The notes: a model not told the origin generated them from the sequence alone. A stretch of DNA of 42,050 bases from Octopus bimaculoides (GCF_001194135.2 NC_068989.1:46340317-46382366), one strand, 5' to 3'; positions 22,640 to 34,775 are shown, counted from the first letter of the stretch. Program-made: numbers and translations.

Positions 22640-22685
<46 letters not shown>

Positions 22686-23493
22686 NNNNNNNNNNNNNNN
22701 NNNNNNNNNNNNNNNNNNNNNNNNNNNNNNNNNNNNNNNNNNNNNNNNNNNNNNNNNNNNNNNNNNNNNNNNNNNNNNNNNNNNNNNNNNNNNNNNNNNN
22801 NNNNNNNNNNNNNNNNNNNNNNNNNNNNNNNNNNNNNNNNNNNNNNNNNNNNNNNNNNNNNNNNNNNNNNNNNNNNNNNNNNNNNNNNNNNNNNNNNNNN
22901 NNNNNNNNNNNNNNNNNNNNNNNNNNNNNNNNNNNNNNNNNNNNNNNNNNNNNNNNNNNNNNNNNNNNNNNNNNNNNNNNNNNNNNNNNNNNNNNNNNNN
23001 NNNNNNNNNNNNNNNNNNNNNNNNNNNNNNNNNNNNNNNNNNNNNNNNNNNNNNNNNNNNNNNNNNNNNNNNNNNNNNNNNNNNNNNNNNNNNNNNNNNN
23101 NNNNNNNNNNNNNNNNNNNNNNNNNNNNNNNNNNNNNNNNNNNNNNNNNNNNNNNNNNNNNNNNNATTTTTTTGAAAACGAGGAGGCGAGGGATGGGTGA
23201 GGGGTGCGTGGGGGTTAAGGGGCATTGAGTATTTCTCAAAGAAAAATTAAAAGTTTAAAAAAGAATTCCCAGATTCGTAATCTCTGTATTTTTCTAAGTG
23301 GATTTAAAAAGAAGATTCGAAAAAAAGGAAAAAGTTAAGAAATTAGGGTGGAGAGTGGGGGTTGAAATTAAAATTTTGAAAACGTGATTTTGGGGCAAAA
23401 TCGTATTTTCCTATATCGAAAACAGAAATTCGAAACATTAAAAAAAATAATAAAATAAAAAACCCGAAAACAGGTGGTGTACACAATCTTTAC

Positions 23494-23568
23494 CTCCGCA
23501 TTCAATTATAAACATGACTAAGAAAGCGGTGTCGTTGTTCATTTTCATACACCTACGCCAGATAATAT
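23494..23568 (-). CDS. Candidate 75-bp symmetric (phase 1-1) exon
   Basis: Acceptor gttttcatttccatag|, donor ggag|gtaaag. The single open frame is xIIWRRCMKMNNDTAFLVMFIIECG. No homologue recognised. Confidence 0.22.
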
Positions 23569-24077
23569 CTATGGAAATGAAAACGCAGCGAATTAAAACG
23601 AACCGACACTATGCACGATCAGCTGCTATTGAATTAATCATATTTATAAGGTTTATAAATTAATAATGAAATATTAACAATCAATCTGTGCTGCACTTTG
23701 TACGTTAACACTGGACTACAAACGTGTTTCTGATTTCGAGAGACTACCATGATGCTAGAGGAAAAATTTTAGAATACATTTGCAGTAGAAGAACGATTGG
23801 GCAGTTGGTAGAAGGTACTGAATTCGAACCACCCTTCAGGCCACCCTAGCAGCCTCACATGATTTCCAAAAGTACTGAATCACTCATTCTTTTCGAACAA
23901 ATGAGTACGTTTGAGAGAAGTTATTCGATAAATTAATGAGGTGCGTTACCACTTAGTATATTTTCCCACAACAATAACATTATACCGACGAAGGATATCT
24001 ATCTATCTATCTATCTATCTATCGGTAGAAGTACATGTATGGATGTATGTATGTATGTGTGCACGTGTGTACGTATG

Positions 24078-24126
<49 letters not shown>

Positions 24127-24521
24127 NNNNNNNNNNNNNNNNNNNNNNNNNNNNNNNNNNNNNNNNNNNNNNNNNNNNNNNNNNNNNNNNNNNNNNNNNN
24201 NNNNNNNNNNNNNNNNNNNNNNNNNNNNNNNNNNNNNNNNNNNNNNNNNNNNNNNNNNNNNNNNNNNNNNNNNNNNNNNNNNNNNNNNNNNNNNNNNNNN
24301 NNNNNNNNNNNNNNNNNNNNNNNNNNNNNNNNNNNNNNNNNNNNNNNNNNNNNNNNNNNNNNNNNNNNNNNNNNNNNNNNNNNNNNNNNNNNNNNNNNNN
24401 NNNNNNNNNNNNNNNNNNNNNNNNNNNNNNNNNNNNNNNNNNNNNNNNNNNNNNNNNNNNNNNNNNNNNNNNNNNNNNNNNNNNNNNNNNNNNNNNNNNN
24501 NNNNNNNNNNNNNNNNNNNNN

Positions 24522-24758
24522 TATATGTGTGCGTGTATATATGTTTGTGTGTCTGTGTTTGTTCCCCAACATCGCTTGACAACCGATGGTGGTGTGTTTA
24601 CGTCCCCGTAACCTAGCGGTTCGGCAAAACAGACCGATAGAATAAGTACTAGGCTTACAAAGAATAAGCCCTGCGGTCGATTTGCTCGACTAAAGGCGGT
24701 GCTCCAGCATGGTCGCAGTCAAATGACTGAAACAAGTAAAAGAGTAAAAGAGTTAAAA
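24522..24758 (+). mobile_element. 3' half of a dominant SINE copy (5' half probably within the gap 24127-24521)
   Basis: ccccaacatcgcttgacaaccgatggtggtg...gaataagtactaggcttacaaag...gctccagcatggtcgcagtcaaatgactgaaacaag(taaaagag)x3. Confidence 0.93.
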
Positions 24759-24797
24759 GAGTATATATGTATATATGTAAATATATATGTGTATGTT

Positions 24798-24834
<37 letters not shown>

Positions 24835-25261
24835 ATATTTATATGTATATATATATATAGCGAGTTAGCGAGTGTGCGTGTGCGTGTGTCTGAGTTAGTA
24901 ACTTTTGAAGAATATATTATTTGCATTAACAATTAAAGAATTGTTTGAAAAGATGTAAAAAAAAGAATTCTTTGAAGTATTCTATCTTGTTTGTGCACAA
25001 TAGTTCAGTCGCCATTCACTATCAGCTTCTTTCATTATCTTATTTATTTGCCTTTATATATTTATATATACGAGTTGACAAAGCCTTTACCTGAGCTCCC
25101 ATCTATTTGATCCGTAAACAACAAAGTATATTATATCGTAATGAATACATACCAGAAACCCTCCAGACAGAGTTCAACACGAGCTTAATCTAAAGAAACG
25201 GTTTGTTCTTCCAGACATACAATTTAAGAGCATGCCTATAAATATACATTGTATATACATA

Positions 25262-25485
25262 TATCCATCCATCCATCCATCCATCCATCCATCCATCCAT
25301 CTATACATACATACATGCATACATACATACATACATACATGCATACATGCATACATACATACATACATACATGCATACATACATACATACATACATACAT
25401 ACACACACATATATATATATATATAGATAGATAGATAGATAGACAGATAGATAGATAGATACACACACACACACACATATATATA
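25262..25485. repeat. Compound (ATCC)n, (TACA)n, (TAGA)n, (CA)n microsatellite
   Basis: Read directly from the sequence. Confidence 0.95.
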
Positions 25486-26969
25486 TAAATNNNNNNNNNN
25501 NNNNNNNNNNNNNNNNNNNNNNNNNNNNNNNNNNNNNNNNNNNNNNNNNNNNNNNNNNNNNNNNNNNNNNNNNNNNNNNNNNNNNNATATATATATATAT
25601 ATATATATACAGATATATGCGGTGTGTGGTTTTGTGTATGTTTGTATACAATATACATTTACCCTCTATGCACTCTTAAACTTTGTTTTTCTGTCTATCT
25701 ACCTGTCTGCCTCCTTCGTTGTCTCTTTCTCTTTCCCTCCCTCACACACACACACACACACACACGGCAACCTACATACATATATTTCCTACCACGATCA
25801 GAAGTGTAATCTTTATGTGTGATGTCAAGAATAAGGAAGATTTTGCTTCCACTCTCTGATTTGCAACACTAAAATTTTATGCGCGAAATAATGTTATGAT
25901 GTTGGATTAATTGATTTATATCTCTTGGTAGGGTTAAACGAAGAATAAAGAATTGGTGATTAATGTAATACCGAAGTTAAAAACATAGACATACACATAA
26001 ACACATACAACATCTCATGCACGAATATACACACACCTACGATAAGAAATTCACTGAAACATAGTTATTCACCGACACCCACACGAGCATATTTTAACAT
26101 TAACTTATTGGAGCAGACAAATAATCATACTCCTACACAGAAATAGATTTATATATACAATCATTCGCACGAAGAAACGTGCAGATAAAACGAAAGAGAC
26201 ACACATATATACGTACATAATAAATACATACATGCGAAGGAAACATTTACACTCACACCAATTGGAAAAGACTCACAATCACAGAAATAATAATACACAC
26301 TGACACACAAAATTATACACGTACCCACAACATCAACAGACACATTTACAAATAGTTAGATATTTGTTAATGCACCGAGGAGAAGACTTTAATGAATAGA
26401 AACACGATTTCTTTTCTCGTTTTCCAGCTTCGCAAAAGAAAGCTGTAGTTGTTAATTTTGTAATGTTGTTGATGTTCAACTCTGGTTACTCAGGTCTATT
26501 AGCGAAGTCGTTCTGGATATGACATTCCTAACATTTTTTTTTTTTTTTTTTGCTCAGGTATATTTCAGCTACCGCTATATTTAGTCAATGTTCTTCTGTG
26601 TTTAAAACGGCAGGCTGTGATCTGGAGGAGATCTGGCTGTACTCAGGCGTGGTCTCAGGAAATTTTCGAAGGGTCGGCAGAAGGTCAGAAGGCAATACAA
26701 ATACAATTCCAAGAGAAAAGGGCGTAGTAACATTATTTAGAAGGGCGCAATTCTTTTCTTGAGGTGGGCACGTGCCGTTCAGGACCCTGCATGGGTCCGT
26801 CCCTGGTATTAATAACCAAGTCGAACAATTGTACTTAGGTCCTCCCATCGTCATTATTAGGTGGTCTGCTTTGTTGCTTTAATCTCGACTTGCCACTGTA
26901 TAGAGACGTATTTTCCAATGCTTCAAAGTAATATTACGGATAATCTTGCGCAGTGATTTCTATTTTTAC

Positions 26970-27022
26970 CTTGTATGGTGACACATCTTTTGACAGTGAA
27001 TAGCGAGGTCGGAATTTGATAC
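26970..27022 (-). CDS. Candidate 53-bp exon
   Basis: Strong acceptor tttttcattttcattttaaaactacag| and donor aag|gtaaaa in unique DNA. All three frames are open (GIKFRPRYSLSKDVSPYK / VSNSDLAIHCQKMCHHT / YQIPTSLFTVKRCVTIQ). Confidence 0.28.
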
Positions 27023-28400
27023 CTGTAGTTTTAAAATGAAAATGAAAAACAAGCCTGTTGTCGCTGTAGATGTCTTTTTCACATTTTAATTCCGAATGTG
27101 ACAAAAAAAAAAAATGATCAAATACAAGATTACATACAGACTGCTCTCTGACCAATCTGTTTGAAATAACAATCATGTCTCTCTCAGTTACACATTATCT
27201 TCTTAAATAAGAAATGGACATATTAGATAAAGTAGAACCTATTCACTTCAAAAACGAAGATTTTATTTTCACTTGCTAGAAGAAAGAGCATTGCGCATCG
27301 CAGGCCTTCTTAGGTGATAGTGATGCTACTAGTGATCCTCTTAAATTTTGCATGTTAACACCTGCAGTAAATATATGAGCAGGAAGAATTCGGGAACATT
27401 GGTGTTCTTGCAAAGACATAGTAATAATATGGGACCTGGACGGGTATTGTAACTAATGTAACACTTTTCATAATATGCCTGTTCTCTTCAGGCTGACTTA
27501 TATAAAAAAGCAACAATAGCAACTCTCATAATATTTCGTTTTCATTTTATAAAAAATTGCTACGGATTTCGACATCATTTTGCAAGATTATAAGAAATGC
27601 AAAATTAAATGAGATGTTACTTTCCGCGGTTATACTTCATGCTATCTGCGAGTTCAAAACGAAGGTTATTTTGTAATGCCAATATATAAGCTAAATTGCG
27701 GCGTAATTTTTTTTTTTGGGGGGGGGGGAAGAGAGGTCAACTTGTGAGGTCCAAAGAAATGCACTTGTATGAAGACAAGATGTTGTCACTACGACCTTCC
27801 CCCCAAAAAGTGTCATAAGAAAATATCAACTGAGATGAAAGAGACATTAAGATACAAGGTTAAGAAAACGAGCTTAGAGTGTAGGGTACAAATAATGTCT
27901 TTATGCGAGGTCAAAACTGTCATCACTTTGCAGAGTCTTTACCAAACTTGTAAGAAATGTGTTTTTAATGAGATAACTGAAACATGGAATGGTGTTTATA
28001 TAGATAGTAATAGCAAATGAAATTTTTTGAAACTTAAGAAATAGAAAAGTATATTGTCATACAATCTGATAAATTATATACATATGGGCAATCAGAGTAA
28101 TTTATCCTGCATGACATGTTCTGCTTCTGTTCAATGTTTCCAATACTAATATGGATGTAATATGTATGAATGTATTTATGTATGCATGTATGTATGTATG
28201 TATGTATGTATGTATGTATGTATGTATGTATGTATGTATGTATGTATGCATGTTATCAATCAGTTTCATTTCTGTATTTCTTGTCAATAGAGAAAGAGGC
28301 GGACTCTAACATAGATTCAAGGCTCCTTCATTGGAACTTTTATCAACATCATCTAGGTATTTGTGCATATGTGTGTGTGTGCAGTATTTGGTGTTAGTGT

Positions 28401-28558
28401 ATGCACAGATTTGCATGTTTGTTTTATGGATGCGTTTTAATATATATATTTTCATGTCTAGGCGTATGCATATGTATTTATGCGCAGATTTGTATGTTTG
28501 TTTTATGGATGCGTTTTTATGTATATATTTTCATGTCTAGATGCATGCATGTGTATTT
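28401..28558. repeat. 79-bp tandem dimer
   Basis: atgc.cagatttg.atgtttgttttatggatgcgtttt.at.tatatattttcatgtctag starts at 28401 and 28480. Confidence 0.92.
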
Positions 28559-28816
28559 TATGTGCTAAATTTTTGGAAAGTTTTACATATCGTTACAGTT
28601 CCATTGCTGGCTTGAATCTGTAGTCTTCTAATCAGCCTTTTTCTTTCAGGTTTTGAGAACCCTAATTTTTCCAGGTTTTTGTTGAGGCAGTTCGTTACAT
28701 ATCCCAATGTCCCATGTACGTATGTTTGTATGTATATATGTCATGGCCTGGGCCAATACTGACCGAAATTTATCTACGTATCTATGTATCTAAGTATGCA
28801 TAAATAAATTCTCATC

Positions 28817-29463
28817 ATGCATGCTTTAGCGATTCCACTGATGAACAACTGATGACAAATTAATTTATTTGGTCATTAATAGAGAAACTAGAGCTTGCGA
28901 TTAACTAATTTTTTTTTGTTTTATCCATTCTAGTCTCATTATCAGCGTGCTTTAAGAATTTTTTTTTTGTCGTTTGGGTTTAACTGCCCTTTTTAGCATG
29001 TATGAAGTCCTGTCAAGGGTCTTCTCTCTGTGTATAAATCTTTATACTCTCTTATATATGAAAATATGTAATGTCATATGACTTTAATTACGCATGCGAA
29101 CCACTGGTAATAAGTTGTTTTAATTTTTTTCCCTAATAATTTACACAGAAACATTTTCCAATTCTGAGGCCATATAGTACACAGTTTAAATTTATTTACT
29201 GCTGGGATATTTGACTTCGCTGGCGCACTAAATTTGAATCCATAATGTATAAAGATGGAACTGTCATGCGCACATGATTTCGGTACGTATTAAATCTACA
29301 TAACTATGCATTCTTTAGCAATCCAACTGGTGATCTACGGATGACAAATTAATTTATTTGGTTATTAATAGAGACAATCGAATATGGGTTTAATTGCTCT
29401 TTTTAGCATGTAAGCAGTCCTGTCAAGGGTGTTCTCTCTGTTTATAAATCTTTAAACACTCCT
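28817..29463. repeat. Diverged local direct repeat (about 235 bp and about 160 bp copies)
   Basis: gatgacaaattaatttatttgg.attaatagaga at 28851 and 29340; gggtttaa.tgc.ctttttagcatgta...gtcctgtcaagggt.ttctctctgt.tataaatcttta at 28976 and 29386. Confidence 0.88.
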
Positions 29464-30606
29464 NNNNNNNNNNTATATATATAATACATATATACAAATA
29501 CATATACATAATACATATGTACATACATATACATACAGATATAAATATATATGCGTGTGTGTGTGTAGATTATGTACACACATACATGTATATGTGCATA
29601 CACACACACACACTTTTTTTATTCGCTTTCTATCAAATTTGATTATTTCGAAATTAACTTGCCCACCCTGAAAACCACTTCTCCTCTTCAAATCTCCCAC
29701 CCAAATTCACCTTAACCTTGTTGTCGCATGTGACGCCGGCTACACGTAATAACCAAGTTGTCAAAGGCGCAACCCCCACCCTAACAAAAAATAAAATAAA
29801 GATACAAACGAATAAATGAAAGAAAAGCATAAAGAAGACGGACACTAATGTCGTCACGCCCAGATGATATAGACAATTTTCGCTCCGTTTCTCATAATGG
29901 TTTTTCTGTCTTTACTTTGCTATTGATGTTGGTGTTGATGTTATTATTTTTGTTATTATTATTTAGTGGTTATATTTTTATGGCGTGCTTTCACTGCACA
30001 ACTGAACACATTCTGTGTGCTTTGGGTACGAGCTATGCTCTGTTTTTGGCTTTTGTTATTTTTGCATTGTATTGACAGTACTCTAAACAATCTCAATGTT
30101 TAGTCTAGTGGTGTTATTTCTTTTTTCAGTTAAGGTACTCTACATGATATGTGCAAAGTCTAGTTGTTCCATTCTTTCCATGCTGTGTATGTTGTGTGTT
30201 ATGTATTTGTCTCCATCTGTTTTTTCATTCACAAACATATCATTATGACATTTTAAAAACAGAGTTCGTATTCATTTTGTCTCAATTGCCAGATCTTTAT
30301 GTTTTGTACAATTTCTGCATTTATTTTAAAGATAATTTACCATTTGTTGGAAATGACACACCTATCAAAAAACATTTCATTTCTTGAAAGTTATATGTAC
30401 CATTTGTCTCGACCCTTTACCTATATCAATTTGTATATCTTAGTGTGTAGGCACTTTGTCATTCCCGGTGACATTTTGTGGTCTTTCTTCGCACTGTCTC
30501 TTTTCTTCGGGTATTCCATAAAGATGCCATAATTTTCAGTTTACGAAAGCTCCAGCTCTGATATGCGTGGCGTTTCTTTTTTCTTTTCTTTTTTGACGTT
30601 TTACTT

Positions 30607-30667
30607 TTTATTATTATTATTGTTGTTGTTGTCATTATTATTATTATTATTATTATCATTATTATTG

Positions 30668-30700
<33 letters not shown>

Positions 30701-31105
30701 GTATTATGATTATTATTGAGTGCATACCATCAAAGTGAAACTGGGGTAAAATATACGTAGCCCAATATACCCATCATGACTACCCGTTTGATAAGGGTAC
30801 ACCAGGCACATGCATGACAAACTTACGTGCGTGACATGGTGATCTCATATCAAGATAAACAGCGCATGACCTTGCAGGTGGGACCCAGTTAGAAATTTCT
30901 TCAAGTTGAGTAGTCCATCTCGCTCAAAAGTTCCCTGAATATAGGTTGTTTAAGGATGTTTAATGAAACACCCAAGTTTCCAGAGATCAACTATTGAAAC
31001 CCCAAAGAATTCCTCTCAACACATGGCTATGATGCTCCNNNNNNNNNNCTCCCCCACTACTTCTGATCATGATTAGAGATGCACATAGTGTCAGCCACCA
31101 AGTTC
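30607..31105 (-). mobile_element. (AAT)n-tailed non-coding retroposon segment (LINE 3' UTR or SINE, unclassified)
   Basis: 30718-30790 is the reverse complement of 39337-39414. Both copies run directly into (AAT)n on the element strand (30607-30717 here). Confidence 0.65.
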
Positions 31106-31162
31106 TCATGTAGCCTTGCCTTTATTCTGTCGTAGATTGCCTTTTGCCCATCTGTCTGCTGT

Positions 31163-31217
31163 TAATCGAACTCACGACCATAAGATCGTGAGCTGAATAC
31201 CCATAACCACTAAGCCA
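31163..31217 (-). mobile_element. Isolated tRNA-like SINE head
   Basis: Minus: tggcttagtggttatgggtattcagctcacgatcttatggtcgtgagttcgatt (A box and B box), similar to the head of 12510-12755. Confidence 0.65.
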
Positions 31218-31254
31218 AAGAATAATTACTATTCCTTTCAAGTGAAGAATAATT

Positions 31255-31478
31255 ATTGTTTCTTTCTACTATAGGCTCAAGGCCTGATATTTCAAGGTAT
31301 GGGCTAAGTCGATTACATCGATCCTAGTACCCGACTGATACTTATTTTGTCGACTCCATAAAGGATGAAATGTAAAGCCGACCTCGGCCGAATTTGAATT
31401 CAGTACGCGAAGAAGGACGAAATGCAACTAAGCATTTCTCCCGGTCTGCTTAACTATTCTGTCAGCTCGCCGCCTTAA
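31255..31478 (-). mobile_element. SINE, third family, full length
   Basis: The reverse complement begins aaggcggcgagctgacagaatag and aligns with 17021-17225. Confidence 0.85.
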
Positions 31479-32302
31479 GAACTATTATTATTAGTTAGAA
31501 AGGATCTATTTCTTCTGTATTTGTCGGTTTTCTATCCGTTTTAAGGATTTCATATATTTGCAGGTTTAACATGGATTTTTTTTGTTATTATTAAATAGAA
31601 AATGGTGAAAGGCCTGAATATAAGAACGAACATAATTTTCTATGGGATTAGAAAATTAATATTCTTCGAAGAGGTTTTTGTCATTTGATACTAAATTTCC
31701 TTGAATGAGATTGCGCAGTGGTTACTGATATACTTCGTTCATTATGAAGAAACTATATTTATGTTGATGAGTGCTAAATCAAATACCATAACAAATATTT
31801 TTCTTCAGATTATCCGATTATCTATATACGACCTGTAATTATAATTCATCCTAATTTTTGTGCTGTCTTTTTTAATATATTATTTATTCATCTCTGCTTG
31901 TTTCACCACACGGCACTTATATGCTTCATATAGAAATTCATATAAACATCATTATGATGTTGGCAAGAGACATACAGGAGAAGTAGCTTTAAATTACATT
32001 AGCGTCTCACGTGATGTTTTGATCAATGTCTTTTATTGCTCAAAGATTCTTATGAGATTTTAGAAGAAGTAATTATACCGTAAATTTTATTATCGACCTG
32101 GACTGTTTATGCAAGATTTAAACTGTTTAATATGCGTGCGCGCGCGTGTGTGTGCGTGTGTGTACGCGCGGGTGCACATGTATGTAAGCATACGCACGTA
32201 CTAGTGGTTGTATGTGATATGAGTCTTCACGTTGTGTGTGAGCGAGTATTTGCGTATTGTGCATATGAGAATTCATACATATATGTATTTTTGCATATAC
32301 AT

Positions 32303-32341
<39 letters not shown>

Positions 32342-32617
32342 TAAAAACAGACATATATATTATGTGTACTTATATATGTATATGTGTATATTAATAATTA
32401 TTTCATTTTTCTTCCTTATTTCACTTAACTAATTGTGTTATCTTCAGACGAATCGCTGCATCAATATTCATAGCGTTTTCTGGTACCCTTATCTGTATTT
32501 GCACTCACTCCCACACGTACAAACACATTGCCACACACAGACACACTCCTTATTACATTTATCTGTAAATATCTGCATACACTTATGCATACATTACATA
32601 GATACACTTACACTCTT

Positions 32618-32682
<65 letters not shown>

Positions 32683-33317
32683 TATAAATATGTTTATGTA
32701 CATATTTACATATAAGTATAGACACACGTATAAAAATACGAGGTCGCACACATTTATGTACGTATACATCCATACTCTCGTGTGAAGATATTTGTGAAGA
32801 TATTTTAGATGTGGGTGAAATATAGCGAACCAAAATGGAGGGAAAAGAAGCGATTGTGTAGTAGGAGTGGAATAAAAACAGAGAGAAGAAAAAGCTGAAA
32901 GAAGATAAGATGAAGAAGTGAAGGAGGAGGAAGCGGAGGGGGGGAGAAGAAGGAGGTAGGAGAGTAACAACAAGATATATGATGAGAAAAGGAACGACAG
33001 CCGATCGTCTGCTTAAGATGATGTAGTTTAATTATTAATACTTATTCGCAAATCTTTGATGATTCTTTGATATTATTGGGTGACTTGGTGTAGAGTCAGC
33101 TGATACCTTATATACTCTTCTTTTGATCGAGATATTACCAAAATGTTATACCTTTTATTCATTATTATTTTTTTTTTTTGCAGCTGCGACTCTAGATTGT
33201 CTCTTAAAGGTCCTTGATTCTGTATTGAGTTAATCTTGTTATCATTTCTTTGAATGAAAAAAAAAAGAAAAGTATATATCATAGTAGTAAACGGATATCG
33301 ATGTGTTTCTTCTTGCT

Positions 33318-33534
33318 TTAGTTGTTGTTGTTGTTGCTCTTGTTTTCTTTTTCACTTTCTTCATCATCATCATCCTCATCATCGTCGTCGTCGTCGTCGT
33401 CACTGTCGTTGTCGCTGGCGTCATCGTCTCTCCTCCTCCACCACGTCAACGTCATCATCATTGTTACCACCATATCCACCGCTACCATCACCAACAACTC
33501 CAATGGGCAACACCATCATCATCATCAGCATCAC

Positions 33535-33593
<59 letters not shown>

Positions 33594-33595
33594 GG
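33318..33595. repeat. Compound trinucleotide tract (TTG)n,(TCA)n,(TCG)n,(CAT)n,(CTA)n
   Basis: Read directly from the sequence; it explains the low-complexity ORFs there. Confidence 0.95.
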
Positions 33596-34199
33596 CGAGG
33601 ACCACTTACCACTTTTCCTCTCCGTTTTCCTTCTCATTTGATGGCCAGTATAACGCCTCTTTCTATATTGGAAGAATGCAACCCAGTGGTCGTAGTTACT
33701 TCCGGTGACAGTCAAACAGATATACAGATATGTGGAAGTATTTTTTCGGTGAAGTACATCAAATTTTCTTAAATATTTCTCAAGGAAAATTAGGCGATAA
33801 TCAATCAAAAATGAAAAATATTAATGGTGAATTGATACATGTGTTCTAGAAGAGTTAGAGGTGATATGCAGATCATATGGAAGCACCGGGGGTGGGGTGG
33901 GGGGAATATAGCATGCAAACGCATGCCAATGCTCAATTCTTAATGAAGGCTTGTAACTCGTAATTAGGTCTCGGGTTCAATTATTGGTACATTGTGTCCA
34001 CGCACAAGCCACTTGTAGGACGTTTATCAACAACGGAATTATATAATGTAAATTGAACTATCTGGGATTTGAACCCTAGGAGTAATGAGCTGAATCGATT
34101 ACCGTAAAGCTATGTATCCAATGCTCCAATGATTCTGTCAATTAGTTGCTTTATAATAGTGCTAACTAAAATCAAAAAATTAATACGAACAATGATATA

Positions 34200-34645
34200 T
34201 TTTTATTCTTTTATCTGTTAGCCGTTTCAGTCATTAGCCTTCAAGCCCAGCTGGAGTACCGACTTGGAGAGTTTTAGTTGAACGAATCAGTCCAGGATTT
34301 AAAAAAAAATTAAGACTCGCACTTATCATATCGGTTACCTTTGCAGAACCACTAGTTTACAGGGACGTAAACACACCAATACAGGTTGTCGTGCAGTATG
34401 TAATACAAACATAGACGCAGACACAGACAGACAGACGCATATATATCCATGCACACAGAATCTCCCTCCCCCATACATACATACATACATACATAAGGAG
34501 CTACTTTCCGTTTCCGTCTACCAAGTGCACACATAAGGCTTTGATTGATTCGAAGCTATAGCAGAAAATACTTGCCCAAGAGACCACGCAGTGGGACTGA
34601 ACCCGAAACTATTTAGTCGAGAAGCCAATCACAGAGCCACGCTTC
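34200..34645 (-). mobile_element. Old, diverged copy of the dominant SINE
   Basis: Head cgggttcagtcccactgcgtggtctcttgggcaagt, internal (CAGA)n/(TACA)n, tail ending in aaaagaataaaaa. Confidence 0.85.
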
Positions 34646-34678
34646 CGATATGCACGAGAGTACAACATGAAGGCGGTA

Positions 34679-34775
34679 AATATGTTGGGTTTCTGACTAG
34701 CTGGATAGTTTCGGTTTTCTAGCAGGATTCTAGGCTAGCAATAACTTAGTATTCATCAGAGGAGAGAATCATATT
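34679..34775 (-). ncRNA. Putative type I hammerhead ribozyme
   Basis: Minus: CTGATGA (34759-34753), 40-nt stem II region with ctagc/gctag, GAAA (34712-34709), stem III ACTA-tccagc-TAGT, GTC cleavage triplet (C17 = 34695), stem I proximal ct/ag plus distal aatatg/catatt. The G10.1-C11.1 pair is not intact. Confidence 0.5.

Noticed and set aside
26429-26449. Strong plus-strand acceptor followed by LRKRKL* as a possible terminal exon
   Set aside because: No upstream plus-strand exon could be supported; kept only as a caveat on strand for the unique island.
26734-26832. Minus-frame peptide VQLFDLVINTRDGPMQG reminiscent of carboxylesterase N-termini
   Set aside because: Bounded by stops on both sides, with no suitable splice sites or further esterase motifs.
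28836-28900. Two CTGATGA words followed by GAAAC
   Set aside because: No G10.1-C11.1 stem II closure and no matching stem III or cleavage triplet.
31030-31056. ctcc repeated on both sides of a 10-N gap (also 10-N gaps at 29464 and 40148)
   Set aside because: Typical scaffolding placeholder for overlapping contig ends, not a biological duplication.
33242-33808. Poly-Ser/His/Tyr/Thr/Leu ORFs on both strands
   Set aside because: Trinucleotide repeats open in nearly all frames; no splice or domain support.
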